The notes beneath the pieces are model-generated. The model was not told the origin of the DNA and made no database searches. It saw only the letters and a program-made list of their open reading frames with translations. This document shows positions 28,555 through 36,886 of a stretch of DNA of 64,000 nucleotides, piece by piece. The position numbers and the translations under genes are program-made. Positions within the stretch are counted from its first letter, which is position 1. Every line of letters begins with the position of its first letter. Source of the DNA: an uncultured Clostridium sp. (GTDB lineage: Bacteria > Bacillota > Clostridia > TANB77 > CAG-508); contig CABPCL010000002.1 in the NCBI GenBank assembly GCA_902406115.1, positions 99,384 through 163,383 of the forward strand, read 5' to 3'.

Positions 28555-29811
28555 TTAATGTACTGCTAATGATATTAAACCATATATTATTAATACCAAC
28601 ATAATTCCTACACAACTACTAAATACTACTTCTGATAACTTATGCTTATTTGATTCTATTCTGCTTTCCGCAAGTAATATTGAAAGCACAAGTGATAATG
28701 TGATAATTACAACATTATCTGTTGTTAGCCAAATAATTGTATTTGCTGCAAAACCTAATGCAGCATGACCACTTGGTATAAATCTTTTATTTAAAATTTT
28801 TTGTTTGTTCGTAGTAGCAATAGCTATTAATGCAAGTATTCCTATTATAGTAATAATAACTGAAGCAAATGCTAAATGTACAGGTGAACTTGCAATATTT
28901 CTTATAAACTCTAATCCTATGTTACTAATTTTATCAAAAAACAAAAAGTATGCTACAATAACAGCATTAATTGCAGTTATAACAACCCCACCAGCTGCAA
29001 CATCTTTCGCAATTTTAGCTTTTGGATGATATAAATCTGTATATAAATCTACAACTGTTTCAATTGCTGTGTTTACCATCTCTGCAAATATAATTAATAC
29101 AATTGTAAACATAAAAATTAAGAATTCTGCCTTTGATAAATCAAAGAATAAACTTATAATTACAACTAACACTGCAATAATTAATTGTCTTTTTATATTT
29201 CCTTGAGTTGTAGTTGCATATATAATACCATTTATTGCATTCTTCCATGCATCTAAAAAACCTTCGTTTTTTATTTTATGATCTTTATCTGCTTCGTAAG
29301 GAAGATCTCTACTAATATTTAATTTTTCAAGTATATTTTCTTCTTTTTTTCTCATTTGTTTTTTATCATCTTCTACCATATGATCATATCCCATAAGATG
29401 ATAAAATCCATGAACTACCATATATGACAATTCTCTTTCAAAACTATGTCCATATTCTTTTGCTTGTTCTTGCACTTTTTGTATTGATATTACTATATCA
29501 CCTAAAATATCCCTAACTTGATTTTCAGTATCATCAACTTGATCTTTTTTAGCTGAATCTTGTACCATTGTGTCAAGCTCTTCTTTTTCAAACATAGGAA
29601 AAGAAAGTACATCAGTAGCCTTATTAATATTTCTATACTGTTTATTTATTGTTTTTATTTCTTCTGGGTTAGTTAGTGTAATACTCATATATAAATTTGT
29701 ATTTTGCAAATTTTCCACCTCAAAGCATTTATCTACTACCTTTTTTATTGTTTTTTCGTATTCGTCATTTGTATCAATACCTTTATATATAATTTCGCAA
29801 TTTTCTTTCAT
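28555..29811 (-). CDS. Tripartite fusion: YbeY endoribonuclease, DgkA-type (undecaprenol/diacylglycerol) kinase and a PAP2-like phosphatase module
   Basis: Residues about 1-165 are YbeY (HGFYHLMGYDH zinc motif). Residues about 180-295 are DgkA (FLDAWKNAINGIIY..., EMVNTAIETVVD, AKDVAAGGV). Residues about 295-418 are four TM segments with KQKILNKRF-IPSGHAA and SRIESNKH motifs resembling PAP2. It is a single uninterrupted ORF. Confidence 0.7.
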   Translation of the reverse strand: MKENCEIIYKGIDTNDEYEKTIKKVVDKCFEVENLQNTNLYMSITLTNPEEIKTINKQYRNINKATDVLSFPMFEKEELDTMVQDSAKKDQVDDTENQVRDILGDIVISIQKVQEQAKEYGHSFERELSYMVVHGFYHLMGYDHMVEDDKKQMRKKEENILEKLNISRDLPYEADKDHKIKNEGFLDAWKNAINGIIYATTTQGNIKRQLIIAVLVVIISLFFDLSKAEFLIFMFTIVLIIFAEMVNTAIETVVDLYTDLYHPKAKIAKDVAAGGVVITAINAVIVAYFLFFDKISNIGLEFIRNIASSPVHLAFASVIITIIGILALIAIATTNKQKILNKRFIPSGHAALGFAANTIIWLTTDNVVIITLSLVLSILLAESRIESNKHKLSEVVFSSCVGIMLVLIIYGLISLAVH

Positions 29812-29826
29812 TTCAAATCCTTTTCC

Positions 29827-31119
29827 TTATACCACAACTTTTTCTTTCTTAGATTTTTTCTTTTTTTCATTTTTTACTACTTTTGTATATTTTCCATCTG
29901 ATGAATATGAATTCATTAATTCCCTCATTGCACCTAATTCAACTAATCTATTTTTATAGAATTTAATAATTTTATAGTATTTATTTTCATTTATAGACAC
30001 TTTTTTAAGGTCACTTTCCACAAATAGTATCTCTTTTTGTTTAATATATTCATCGTAATTTGAATCTCTTAGTTCATTAACCTTTTTATATTCATTCCAA
30101 AAAGCTTTATACTCTTCTCTTTGAGATGGTTTGTCCCAATAAATTTTTGTGCTAAGAAGACGTACATTGTACTCTTCCATAATATTAATTAATAGTGAAT
30201 ATGCTTTTTGTTGTTTCTTTGCAATTTTAGTATCAACTATTAAACTACGTGCATCTTTTAATAATTTAATATAACATTGCTCAGCTACAACAAGAGGCAA
30301 ACTATGTGTAAACAATTTTCTACTAATTCCTAAAAGAATCATATTTTTCTCAATATTATCATTTTGGTCTAACTTGCCTACTGTAAATCTTTCAAACTCG
30401 TTATATCCATCTAGTATTTCTTTATATGTGTCGTCGTTGTCTAACTCCATTTTAATAGGTAAAATATTAGAAATATATTCCTCTAATGTTTTAAAAATTT
30501 TATTGTATATTTCTTGCTTTTCACCATCAGATATATTATCTGCTAAACGTATTGAGTAATGTTTTAAAAGTCCTTTATATAATATTTCCATTTCAGCAGC
30601 ATAAAACTTTTTATACTTTTCTAATATTTTTGTTTTTTCATTTGATACAGTTTCATAATCTAGTCTCATTAAATACATTTGTTTTTTATATTTATATTCC
30701 GTATATCCAGTTTCTTTTAGATGAGTGATCATATAATACTGAGATAAAGCTTCTTTTTCAAATTCACTTGCAGTATCATTTTTCACTTTTTTATAAATGG
30801 AGTCCATAATATATTTATCAATTGATTCTAGATATAGTGCATATGTATCATCAACCTTTTTACTAATGGCTTCTCTTCTATTTTCATCTTCAATTTTTTC
30901 TACATTTAAAGAATTTTCATATGCCTTTAACACATTATTTCTTTTCATAGAAATCATCATACCATTTAAGCTAACTTTTGTAGGTATTAATAATTTTGTT
31001 AGTGTGTTTGTAATCTTAGAAAAAAATGTTTTCTCCGAGCTATATACTCTTAAACTTCTTTCTTCCATATACTCCCCCGTTCCGTCTTTTCTTTTGTTTT
31101 TTTGTAACTGACTTCTCAT
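29827..31119 (-). CDS. Hypothetical protein, 430 aa, K/E/Y-rich and predicted helical, with no recognisable domain
   Basis: AAAGGAG lies 9 nt upstream of the ATG at 31119. The gene is tightly packed between yqfD and the ybeY fusion, where phoH and pgpH normally sit. Confidence 0.55.
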   Translation of the reverse strand: MRSQLQKNKRKDGTGEYMEERSLRVYSSEKTFFSKITNTLTKLLIPTKVSLNGMMISMKRNNVLKAYENSLNVEKIEDENRREAISKKVDDTYALYLESIDKYIMDSIYKKVKNDTASEFEKEALSQYYMITHLKETGYTEYKYKKQMYLMRLDYETVSNEKTKILEKYKKFYAAEMEILYKGLLKHYSIRLADNISDGEKQEIYNKIFKTLEEYISNILPIKMELDNDDTYKEILDGYNEFERFTVGKLDQNDNIEKNMILLGISRKLFTHSLPLVVAEQCYIKLLKDARSLIVDTKIAKKQQKAYSLLINIMEEYNVRLLSTKIYWDKPSQREEYKAFWNEYKKVNELRDSNYDEYIKQKEILFVESDLKKVSINENKYYKIIKFYKNRLVELGAMRELMNSYSSDGKYTKVVKNEKKKKSKKEKVVV

Positions 31120-31133
31120 TAATTACAACTCCT

Positions 31134-32318
31134 TTAAAAGACTATTTTTTCTTTTGTCCCAATGTTTTCTTGTACTTCATATGTAACTTCAACTTCAACA
31201 TATCCTCCACCTTGAGATACGTCTACTTGTTCATTTAATATACTTTCAGGGTCTTTTATCTGATTATTTAATTCTTGCTTTGCTCTTTGTACTCCTATAT
31301 TTTTAGCTTCTTCTGCACTATGAATAATATCTACATTTTTATATTCTTTATTTGTGTGTTTTATAATCTCTATTGGCAAATAAAAGTCTGAAAATAATCT
31401 TAATTTTTTATTTTCCTCTATTGTATCATAATTTTCAAAATTTGAAACCCTTTTATAAAAATTTATTTTAAAATTATTTATATTTACGGAATATTTATTT
31501 TCACACGATCCTGTTTCCTGTTTTTCTGTTTCTTTTAAATACACCTTTTGTTTATTTGTATACCATACCTTTGCCTTTATTTCCCCTTGCGCGTGGACAT
31601 AGCGAGTTCCTGTATACTTTCCTTCCATCCATCCCCCAATTAAAATATCACCTTTTTTTACAAGATCTCCTTCTTTTACTAGGGGCGTACCATTTCCAGC
31701 ATTCACTTTCAATATCATACAAGTTTTATCTGCAACAATATTACAATATTCGTCTTCATTTATTATTTCTGGTTTTTTATCTGCCTCTACTATTTTTATA
31801 ATCATATTTGTACCTTTTATCTCAATTCCAACCCATGCAATATCGTCTCTTTCTAATCGTAGTTTATTAATTACTTCTTTTGTGTTAATCTGATTTTTAA
31901 ACTTGCCTATGTTAAATCCCCCGTCTTTTACAACTTGCAAAATTTCTTCTTTTGATATACTTTGATTTCCAACTACATCAATATTCCATATAAAATTAGA
32001 TAATGCAATAATCCCTAGGAAAACAAATATTAATAAACCAATAAATAATTTTCTTTTTTTATATTTATTTAAAATGAAAGGCACACCTTTTTTATTATCA
32101 ATCTTCATTTTACATTGAGTTTTTTTGCAAACAGACTTTAATCTTTTAAAATCACGTATTCCAACTCTTGCATGTAATATTGTTGATTTTTCTCTTTTTA
32201 AATTCCATAAAAATATGCTCTTACTAGCACATATATTAATAAATCTCTCTATATAATATCCTTCTACAACAATATCTACAAAACCCAAAACGTAGTTTAT
32301 TAATATTTTCCACTGCAA
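31134..32318 (-). CDS. yqfD: Sporulation protein YqfD
   Basis: N-terminal GFVDIVVEGYYIERFINIC and a central TM segment fit YqfD, and it follows yqfC directly. Confidence 0.85.
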   Translation of the reverse strand: MQWKILINYVLGFVDIVVEGYYIERFINICASKSIFLWNLKREKSTILHARVGIRDFKRLKSVCKKTQCKMKIDNKKGVPFILNKYKKRKLFIGLLIFVFLGIIALSNFIWNIDVVGNQSISKEEILQVVKDGGFNIGKFKNQINTKEVINKLRLERDDIAWVGIEIKGTNMIIKIVEADKKPEIINEDEYCNIVADKTCMILKVNAGNGTPLVKEGDLVKKGDILIGGWMEGKYTGTRYVHAQGEIKAKVWYTNKQKVYLKETEKQETGSCENKYSVNINNFKINFYKRVSNFENYDTIEENKKLRLFSDFYLPIEIIKHTNKEYKNVDIIHSAEEAKNIGVQRAKQELNNQIKDPESILNEQVDVSQGGGYVEVEVTYEVQENIGTKEKIVF

Positions 32319-32320
32319 AG

Positions 32321-32620
32321 TTATTCCTCCTCGCTTTCAAGATCTTCTGTATTTTCAAAGTCTATACTATCTATTTTTCCTTTAACAATAATATCATCTG
32401 TTGTCATTTCATCTAGTTTTAAGTTAAATCCATTAATATTAATAATTCCAATATGTGTATTCAATCTAATAAAATAATCCTGATACTCCAATATTCCCTT
32501 ATGATTTTCTATTAACACCTGCTCAAATCCAACAATTGTAATCTTAGGATTATTTGTGCTTAACTCTTGTGGAATATCTAATAAAGTATCCAATCTACTT
32601 GGTTGTTTTCTTTTTCTCAT
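32321..32620 (-). CDS. yqfC: Sporulation protein YqfC (YabP/YqfC family)
   Basis: ...PKITIVGFEQVLIENHKGILEYQDYFIRLNT...IIVKGKIDSIDF is typical of YqfC. AGGAGG SD at 32625..32630. Confidence 0.85.
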   Translation of the reverse strand: MRKRKQPSRLDTLLDIPQELSTNNPKITIVGFEQVLIENHKGILEYQDYFIRLNTHIGIININGFNLKLDEMTTDDIIVKGKIDSIDFENTEDLESEEE

Positions 32621-32630
32621 ATTTCCTCCT

Positions 32631-32733
32631 TGTCAGTTAGGGGACGTTCCTTTTTCTGCCATCTTGTCACCCTAGGGACATTCCTTCGAAGCCACCTAAA
32701 GATGGCAGAAAAAGGAACGTCCCCTAACTGACA
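32631..32733. repeat. 103-bp palindromic element: perfect 35-bp inverted repeat with a 33-nt loop
   Basis: The left arm 32631..32665 is TGTCAGTTAGGGGACGTTCCTTTTTCTGCCATCTT. The right arm 32699..32733 is its exact reverse complement. GC is about 50% against an AT-rich background. Confidence 0.95.
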
Positions 32734-33562
32734 CTATTGTTCAAATTCGTTTAAAGACTTAAACTCATACCCCTGTTTTTTTATTTCTTTAATGCACTCA
32801 TCTAAAATGTTGCTATTATCTTTTGAAGTTCCATGTAATAACATAACCTCACCATTATGCAAATTGTCTAAAATTTTCTTTTTACCATATGCTTCTCTGC
32901 CCTGTTTTGCTTCATCCCAGTCATCATAAGCAAATGACCACATAACCGTTGTATATCCTAAAGTATTTGTATAAGCTATAGTTCTCTCACTATACTCTCC
33001 TTTTGGTGGTCTTATATATTTCATTTCATACCCAAATTTTTCGTAAATAGATGTATGTAATTCCATTACTTCTTTTTTTATTGTTTCATTATTAATTTCA
33101 GGCATAGATTTATGGTTTACTGTATGATTTCCTATAATATGACCCTCGTCAATCATTTGTTTAACTAAATCTGGCTGAGTATTTACATAGTGTGCCGTAA
33201 TGAAAAATGTAGCTGGTACTTGGTTCTGTTTTAGTACCTCTAAAATCTTTTTGGTATATCCTGCCTCATAACCACTATCAAAAGTTAAATATATGTATTT
33301 TTTTTCATTATTGCCCATGCAGATTCCTTTATATTTTTCTATTATACTTTTATTAACAGCTCCTAAGTCTGGCTGAGTGTGATTATCATTTCTTTTAATT
33401 CCCCATCCGATTTTTTTATTACTAAGAACTGCTTGTGCATTTGTTGTTACTACCTCTCCGATTTTCTTTTGCCTGTATTATAGAAAATGTAAAAGTAAAT
33501 ATTAATGCACAAACTACAAATATACTAGAAATTGTTATCTTTTTATCAAAACTTGCTTTCAT
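32734..33562 (-). pseudogene. pdaA: Delta-lactam-biosynthetic de-N-acetylase PdaA, signal peptide separated from the catalytic domain by a frameshift
   Basis: ORF 32734..33318 plus its upstream in-frame extension (IGEVVTTNAQAVLSNKKIGWGIKRNDNHTQPDLGAVNKSIIEKYKGIC) aligns with B. subtilis PdaA. The start codon with SD (GAGGGG, ATG at 33562) and signal peptide MKASFDKKITISSIFVVCALIFTFTFSIIQAK are in a different frame and hit TAG after 46 codons. The frames must switch near GGCAAAAGAAAATCGG (plus strand 33458..33473). Confidence 0.75.
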
Positions 33563-33661
33563 ACTCTATTTCCCCTCTCTTTTTTTACATTGTATGAATT
33601 TTCAAAAAAATTATTACTGGTTATTAGATATAGATGAAAGAAGAAATTTATTATATATGAG

Positions 33662-33702
33662 ATAAAAGCAAAGAACATTAGATTTTTAATCCAATGTTCT
33701 TT
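33662..33702 (-). terminator. Hairpin terminator downstream of the vanZ-like gene
   Basis: AAAGAACATT-(13 nt)-AATGTTCTTT, followed on the minus strand by GCTTTTATC. Confidence 0.6.
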
Positions 33703-33710
33703 ATTATTTA

Positions 33711-34220
33711 TTAACTATTTACTTTTTCTTTATTATCCTTTTTTAAAGCAATGTATATAGATGCAATTATAAGTATAATAATTATTCCTAAAAATACGCC
33801 TGTCGTATCTATACACACATCTCTTATAGATGGTCCTCTTCCTGGTACAAAGCTTTGGTGCCACTCATCTGATACTGCATAAATAAGTCCAACTATTAGG
33901 CTTGTCCCTAATTTAGTTCGTAGTTTTATAGGGAAGGTGCACATGAAAGTCATAATACACATCCCTACTACTGTATAAATTGACAAGTGAGCTAATTTTC
34001 TTACTATTGGTTCAGCATGTTCAATCATTTTCGTCTTTGTTTCTGCACTTAGATCTTTTGTATATGGAAACCTATTTATAAATTCAGTTGTTATTTTATT
34101 ACTTAAACTTCCCGACTCTTCTCCATCTTGTGCAGAAAAATTAAATATTATAAAAAACGTACAAAGCAGTAAGATCATCGAGATAATTCTTAATATAATT
34201 TTTTTCATATTTTTCCTCAT
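33711..34220 (-). CDS. VanZ-family membrane protein
   Basis: RKLAHLSIYTVVG and DEWHQSFVPGRGPSIRDVCIDTTG are VanZ-like signatures. Confidence 0.8.
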   Translation of the reverse strand: MRKNMKKIILRIISMILLLCTFFIIFNFSAQDGEESGSLSNKITTEFINRFPYTKDLSAETKTKMIEHAEPIVRKLAHLSIYTVVGMCIMTFMCTFPIKLRTKLGTSLIVGLIYAVSDEWHQSFVPGRGPSIRDVCIDTTGVFLGIIIILIIASIYIALKKDNKEKVNS

Positions 34221-34247
34221 TCAAATTTAGTTAAACTATTTTATATT

Positions 34248-35735
34248 TTATTTTCCCATTACAGCTTTTATTTGGCTCTTAGCATTTTGTACTGATGTAG
34301 AATCTGGAAGCATAATATATAATTCTTGACTTCCCATTGAATAAGTAGGTCCATATGATCCTGTACCTGTTAAAGAATTTGATTTTACTGTCCATGATGA
34401 CATATTTTCTAACTGATTCTTTACCAATTTACTTATTTCACTTTGTTCAATATTAGTTTGAAAACTTCCTTCTAATGAATTTAAAATACTTGTGTATTTT
34501 GTCAATATTGTTGTACTATCTAATACTTTATTAATAATAGCTTCAATAACTTGTTGTTGATTTTTAACTCTTTGATTATCTCCGTCTGAGAAAGAATATC
34601 TTTCTCTACTATATGCTAAAGCTTTACCTCCATTTAGGTGATTGTATCCTTTACTAAATGTATATGATGGCTCTGTATTTGTAGTAAAATTATAATTAGA
34701 ATATACGTCTACACCACCAATTGTATCCACTAGTTTAATTACTGTTGTAAAGTTTACTCTTACATAATAATTTATATCCACATTTAAAAGATCTTCAACT
34801 GTTGTAACAGTTTCACTAACTCCATATATTCCAGAGTGTGTTAATTTATCTTTTGCTTTTTTGCTATGCAATGTTACATAGTAATCTCTTGGAATAGAAG
34901 TAAGTAAAACTTCATGAGTTTTTGTATTAACAGTAGCTAGTATATTAGCATCACTTCTTGAAACATTATTAATATTTCCATAAGTATCTATTCCACTAAT
35001 ATATACATTAAAAATACCATTTTCTATATTATTCTTAGAGTTTTTATTTGAGATTTCTGCTTTTTTCTCTATTTTATGTGTTGCTGTATATATAACTTTC
35101 GTATTAGCTTTAAAATCTTTTATTTCATCATCTAACATACTGTATTGAGTTGAACTTATTAAAATAGCCTCAATATCACTATTTACTAATTTGTTTCCTA
35201 TATCTGTTAAATTACTTTCTTGTTTCAAAACAATACTTGCCTTGTTTTGTATTTCTGTTTTCACATCATCTTCGACCTGAAATATATATACTCTTTCGTC
35301 ATTTAAATCTTCTATTTTATCGTATTTACTATCTTTCTTTACTACTACATAATATTCTTCCTGCTCTACAACTTCTTTAAACATTGATTTTAGGAAGTTA
35401 TCTGTTGCAAAAAGATAATTAATTGCATTAACATACACAATCGAAACAACAATTGCAATAATTAAACATACAATATTTAATTTACGTGTTTTATGCTTTT
35501 TAGCAAGTCCAGTAGCTATTGCAAAAGTAAAAACCATCTCTGCTATGGTGAATATAGTTACATATATTCCTGGTAGCATATCCATTTTTATTAACGCAAT
35601 ATAAAACATAATTGAAATTACAACATATACGAATGATAGTAATTGTAGAATTGCATCAAATTTAGTTTTTTTGTTTGTCCTATTTTTTTTATTTGACATT
35701 TTTTCTTCTTTACCTATTCCTCTACCTTTATACAT
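34248..35735 (-). CDS. LCP (LytR-CpsA-Psr) family glycopolymer-peptidoglycan ligase
   Basis: N-terminal TM segments. The LCP core reads RSDANILATVNTKTHEVLLTSIPRDYYV...ALAYSRERYSF.DGDNQRVKNQQQV. GGGAGGA SD before the ATG at 35735. Confidence 0.85.
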   Translation of the reverse strand: MYKGRGIGKEEKMSNKKNRTNKKTKFDAILQLLSFVYVVISIMFYIALIKMDMLPGIYVTIFTIAEMVFTFAIATGLAKKHKTRKLNIVCLIIAIVVSIVYVNAINYLFATDNFLKSMFKEVVEQEEYYVVVKKDSKYDKIEDLNDERVYIFQVEDDVKTEIQNKASIVLKQESNLTDIGNKLVNSDIEAILISSTQYSMLDDEIKDFKANTKVIYTATHKIEKKAEISNKNSKNNIENGIFNVYISGIDTYGNINNVSRSDANILATVNTKTHEVLLTSIPRDYYVTLHSKKAKDKLTHSGIYGVSETVTTVEDLLNVDINYYVRVNFTTVIKLVDTIGGVDVYSNYNFTTNTEPSYTFSKGYNHLNGGKALAYSRERYSFSDGDNQRVKNQQQVIEAIINKVLDSTTILTKYTSILNSLEGSFQTNIEQSEISKLVKNQLENMSSWTVKSNSLTGTGSYGPTYSMGSQELYIMLPDSTSVQNAKSQIKAVMGK

Positions 35736-35767
35736 TTTGTTCCTCCCTAGTTATGTGCAAAATATTT

Positions 35768-36886
35768 TTATAAATTCTCTATTAAATAATTAATAGTCTT
35801 TCCTTTTTCTTCTTGTATAAATTTATTAGTTTTTTTATAATCAATTTTTTTAGTTAGTATACCTTCCATATCTTTAATATCTTCTATCATCCTATCCTCT
35901 TTATAACATCTTTCTAATAAATCAGTTAATTTTTGCCTATTACTATTTCGAATAATTGTTGCAAACTGTTTATTATATTTTATAGAATATATGGTTCCAT
36001 GAAAAGTATCTGTAATAATGTAATCTGCTTTTTTTATGTATTCTAGTAATACAAATGGAGAAACATCTGGAATATATATGTCACAAAATGGTTGTATGGT
36101 ACCTATTGTTATTAACTTTTTGTTATACTTTTTAGCAAATTTCTTTATTTCTATTTGTTCTTTTTCTTGTATTCTTTCAGAATAAGCATATACAATAATA
36201 TAATCTTTGATTTTTACAGTATCTTTAGTTATTTCATTTTCAAAATCGTATATTAGCACAGGGTCTAAATTATAATATGGTTCAATTCCTGTAAGTTCTT
36301 TAATAATATTTCCAGAATTTTTATCTCTTACTGAAATGGCTTTAAATTTTGATAGCATATTGGATAATTCTTTTTTAATATGATACTCTTCAATTTTTTC
36401 AATAGTTGTAGACCCAAAAGAAGCTGCGTAACTTATTACTTTTTTAGCATTATTGTTATAACCAAATAATTCTTTTGAATATCCTACATTTTTATTATTC
36501 TGAGTACAGTTAAAGACTTCATCACTTCCTATTACTAAAGTATCTACTTTTGCTCTATAATTATTTTCTTTTGATAATCCTATAATTTTCCAAAATTCAT
36601 TTTCAAAGCTATTAAAGAATTTTTCACTTTCTTTATACATCTTTCTAGCCTTACGCCTTTTTTTACTAAAGCATAACTTAATCAAATTAAGTATTCTTTT
36701 AAAAAAACAACTTTTATTTTCTGTTACATCTTTTTTTGTATTTAAACAATCTTCTACTTTATAATCTACAAATTCTACTTTATGCCCTTGTGATTCTATT
36801 ATTTTTTTTAAAGCATATGCTTGTAAAAAAGAACCATAATTTTTTATTCTCTGCATAGATAATATTCCTATTTTAATTTCAATCAC
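35768..36886 (-). CDS. Polysaccharide pyruvyl transferase family protein (copy 2)
   Basis: The N-terminus IGILSMQRIKNYGSFLQAYALKKIIESQGHKVEFVDY and C-terminal TDTFHGTIYSI are typical of PS_pyruv_trans. It is a paralog of 39881..40915. Confidence 0.8.
   Translation of the reverse strand: MIEIKIGILSMQRIKNYGSFLQAYALKKIIESQGHKVEFVDYKVEDCLNTKKDVTENKSCFFKRILNLIKLCFSKKRRKARKMYKESEKFFNSFENEFWKIIGLSKENNYRAKVDTLVIGSDEVFNCTQNNKNVGYSKELFGYNNNAKKVISYAASFGSTTIEKIEEYHIKKELSNMLSKFKAISVRDKNSGNIIKELTGIEPYYNLDPVLIYDFENEITKDTVKIKDYIIVYAYSERIQEKEQIEIKKFAKKYNKKLITIGTIQPFCDIYIPDVSPFVLLEYIKKADYIITDTFHGTIYSIKYNKQFATIIRNSNRQKLTDLLERCYKEDRMIEDIKDMEGILTKKIDYKKTNKFIQEEKGKTINYLIENL

Noticed and set aside
33435-33665. A plus-strand 76-aa ORF in the region upstream of pdaA.
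   Set aside because: It is antisense to the pdaA signal-peptide region and promoter and has no SD. The region is fully explained by the frameshifted pdaA 5' end.
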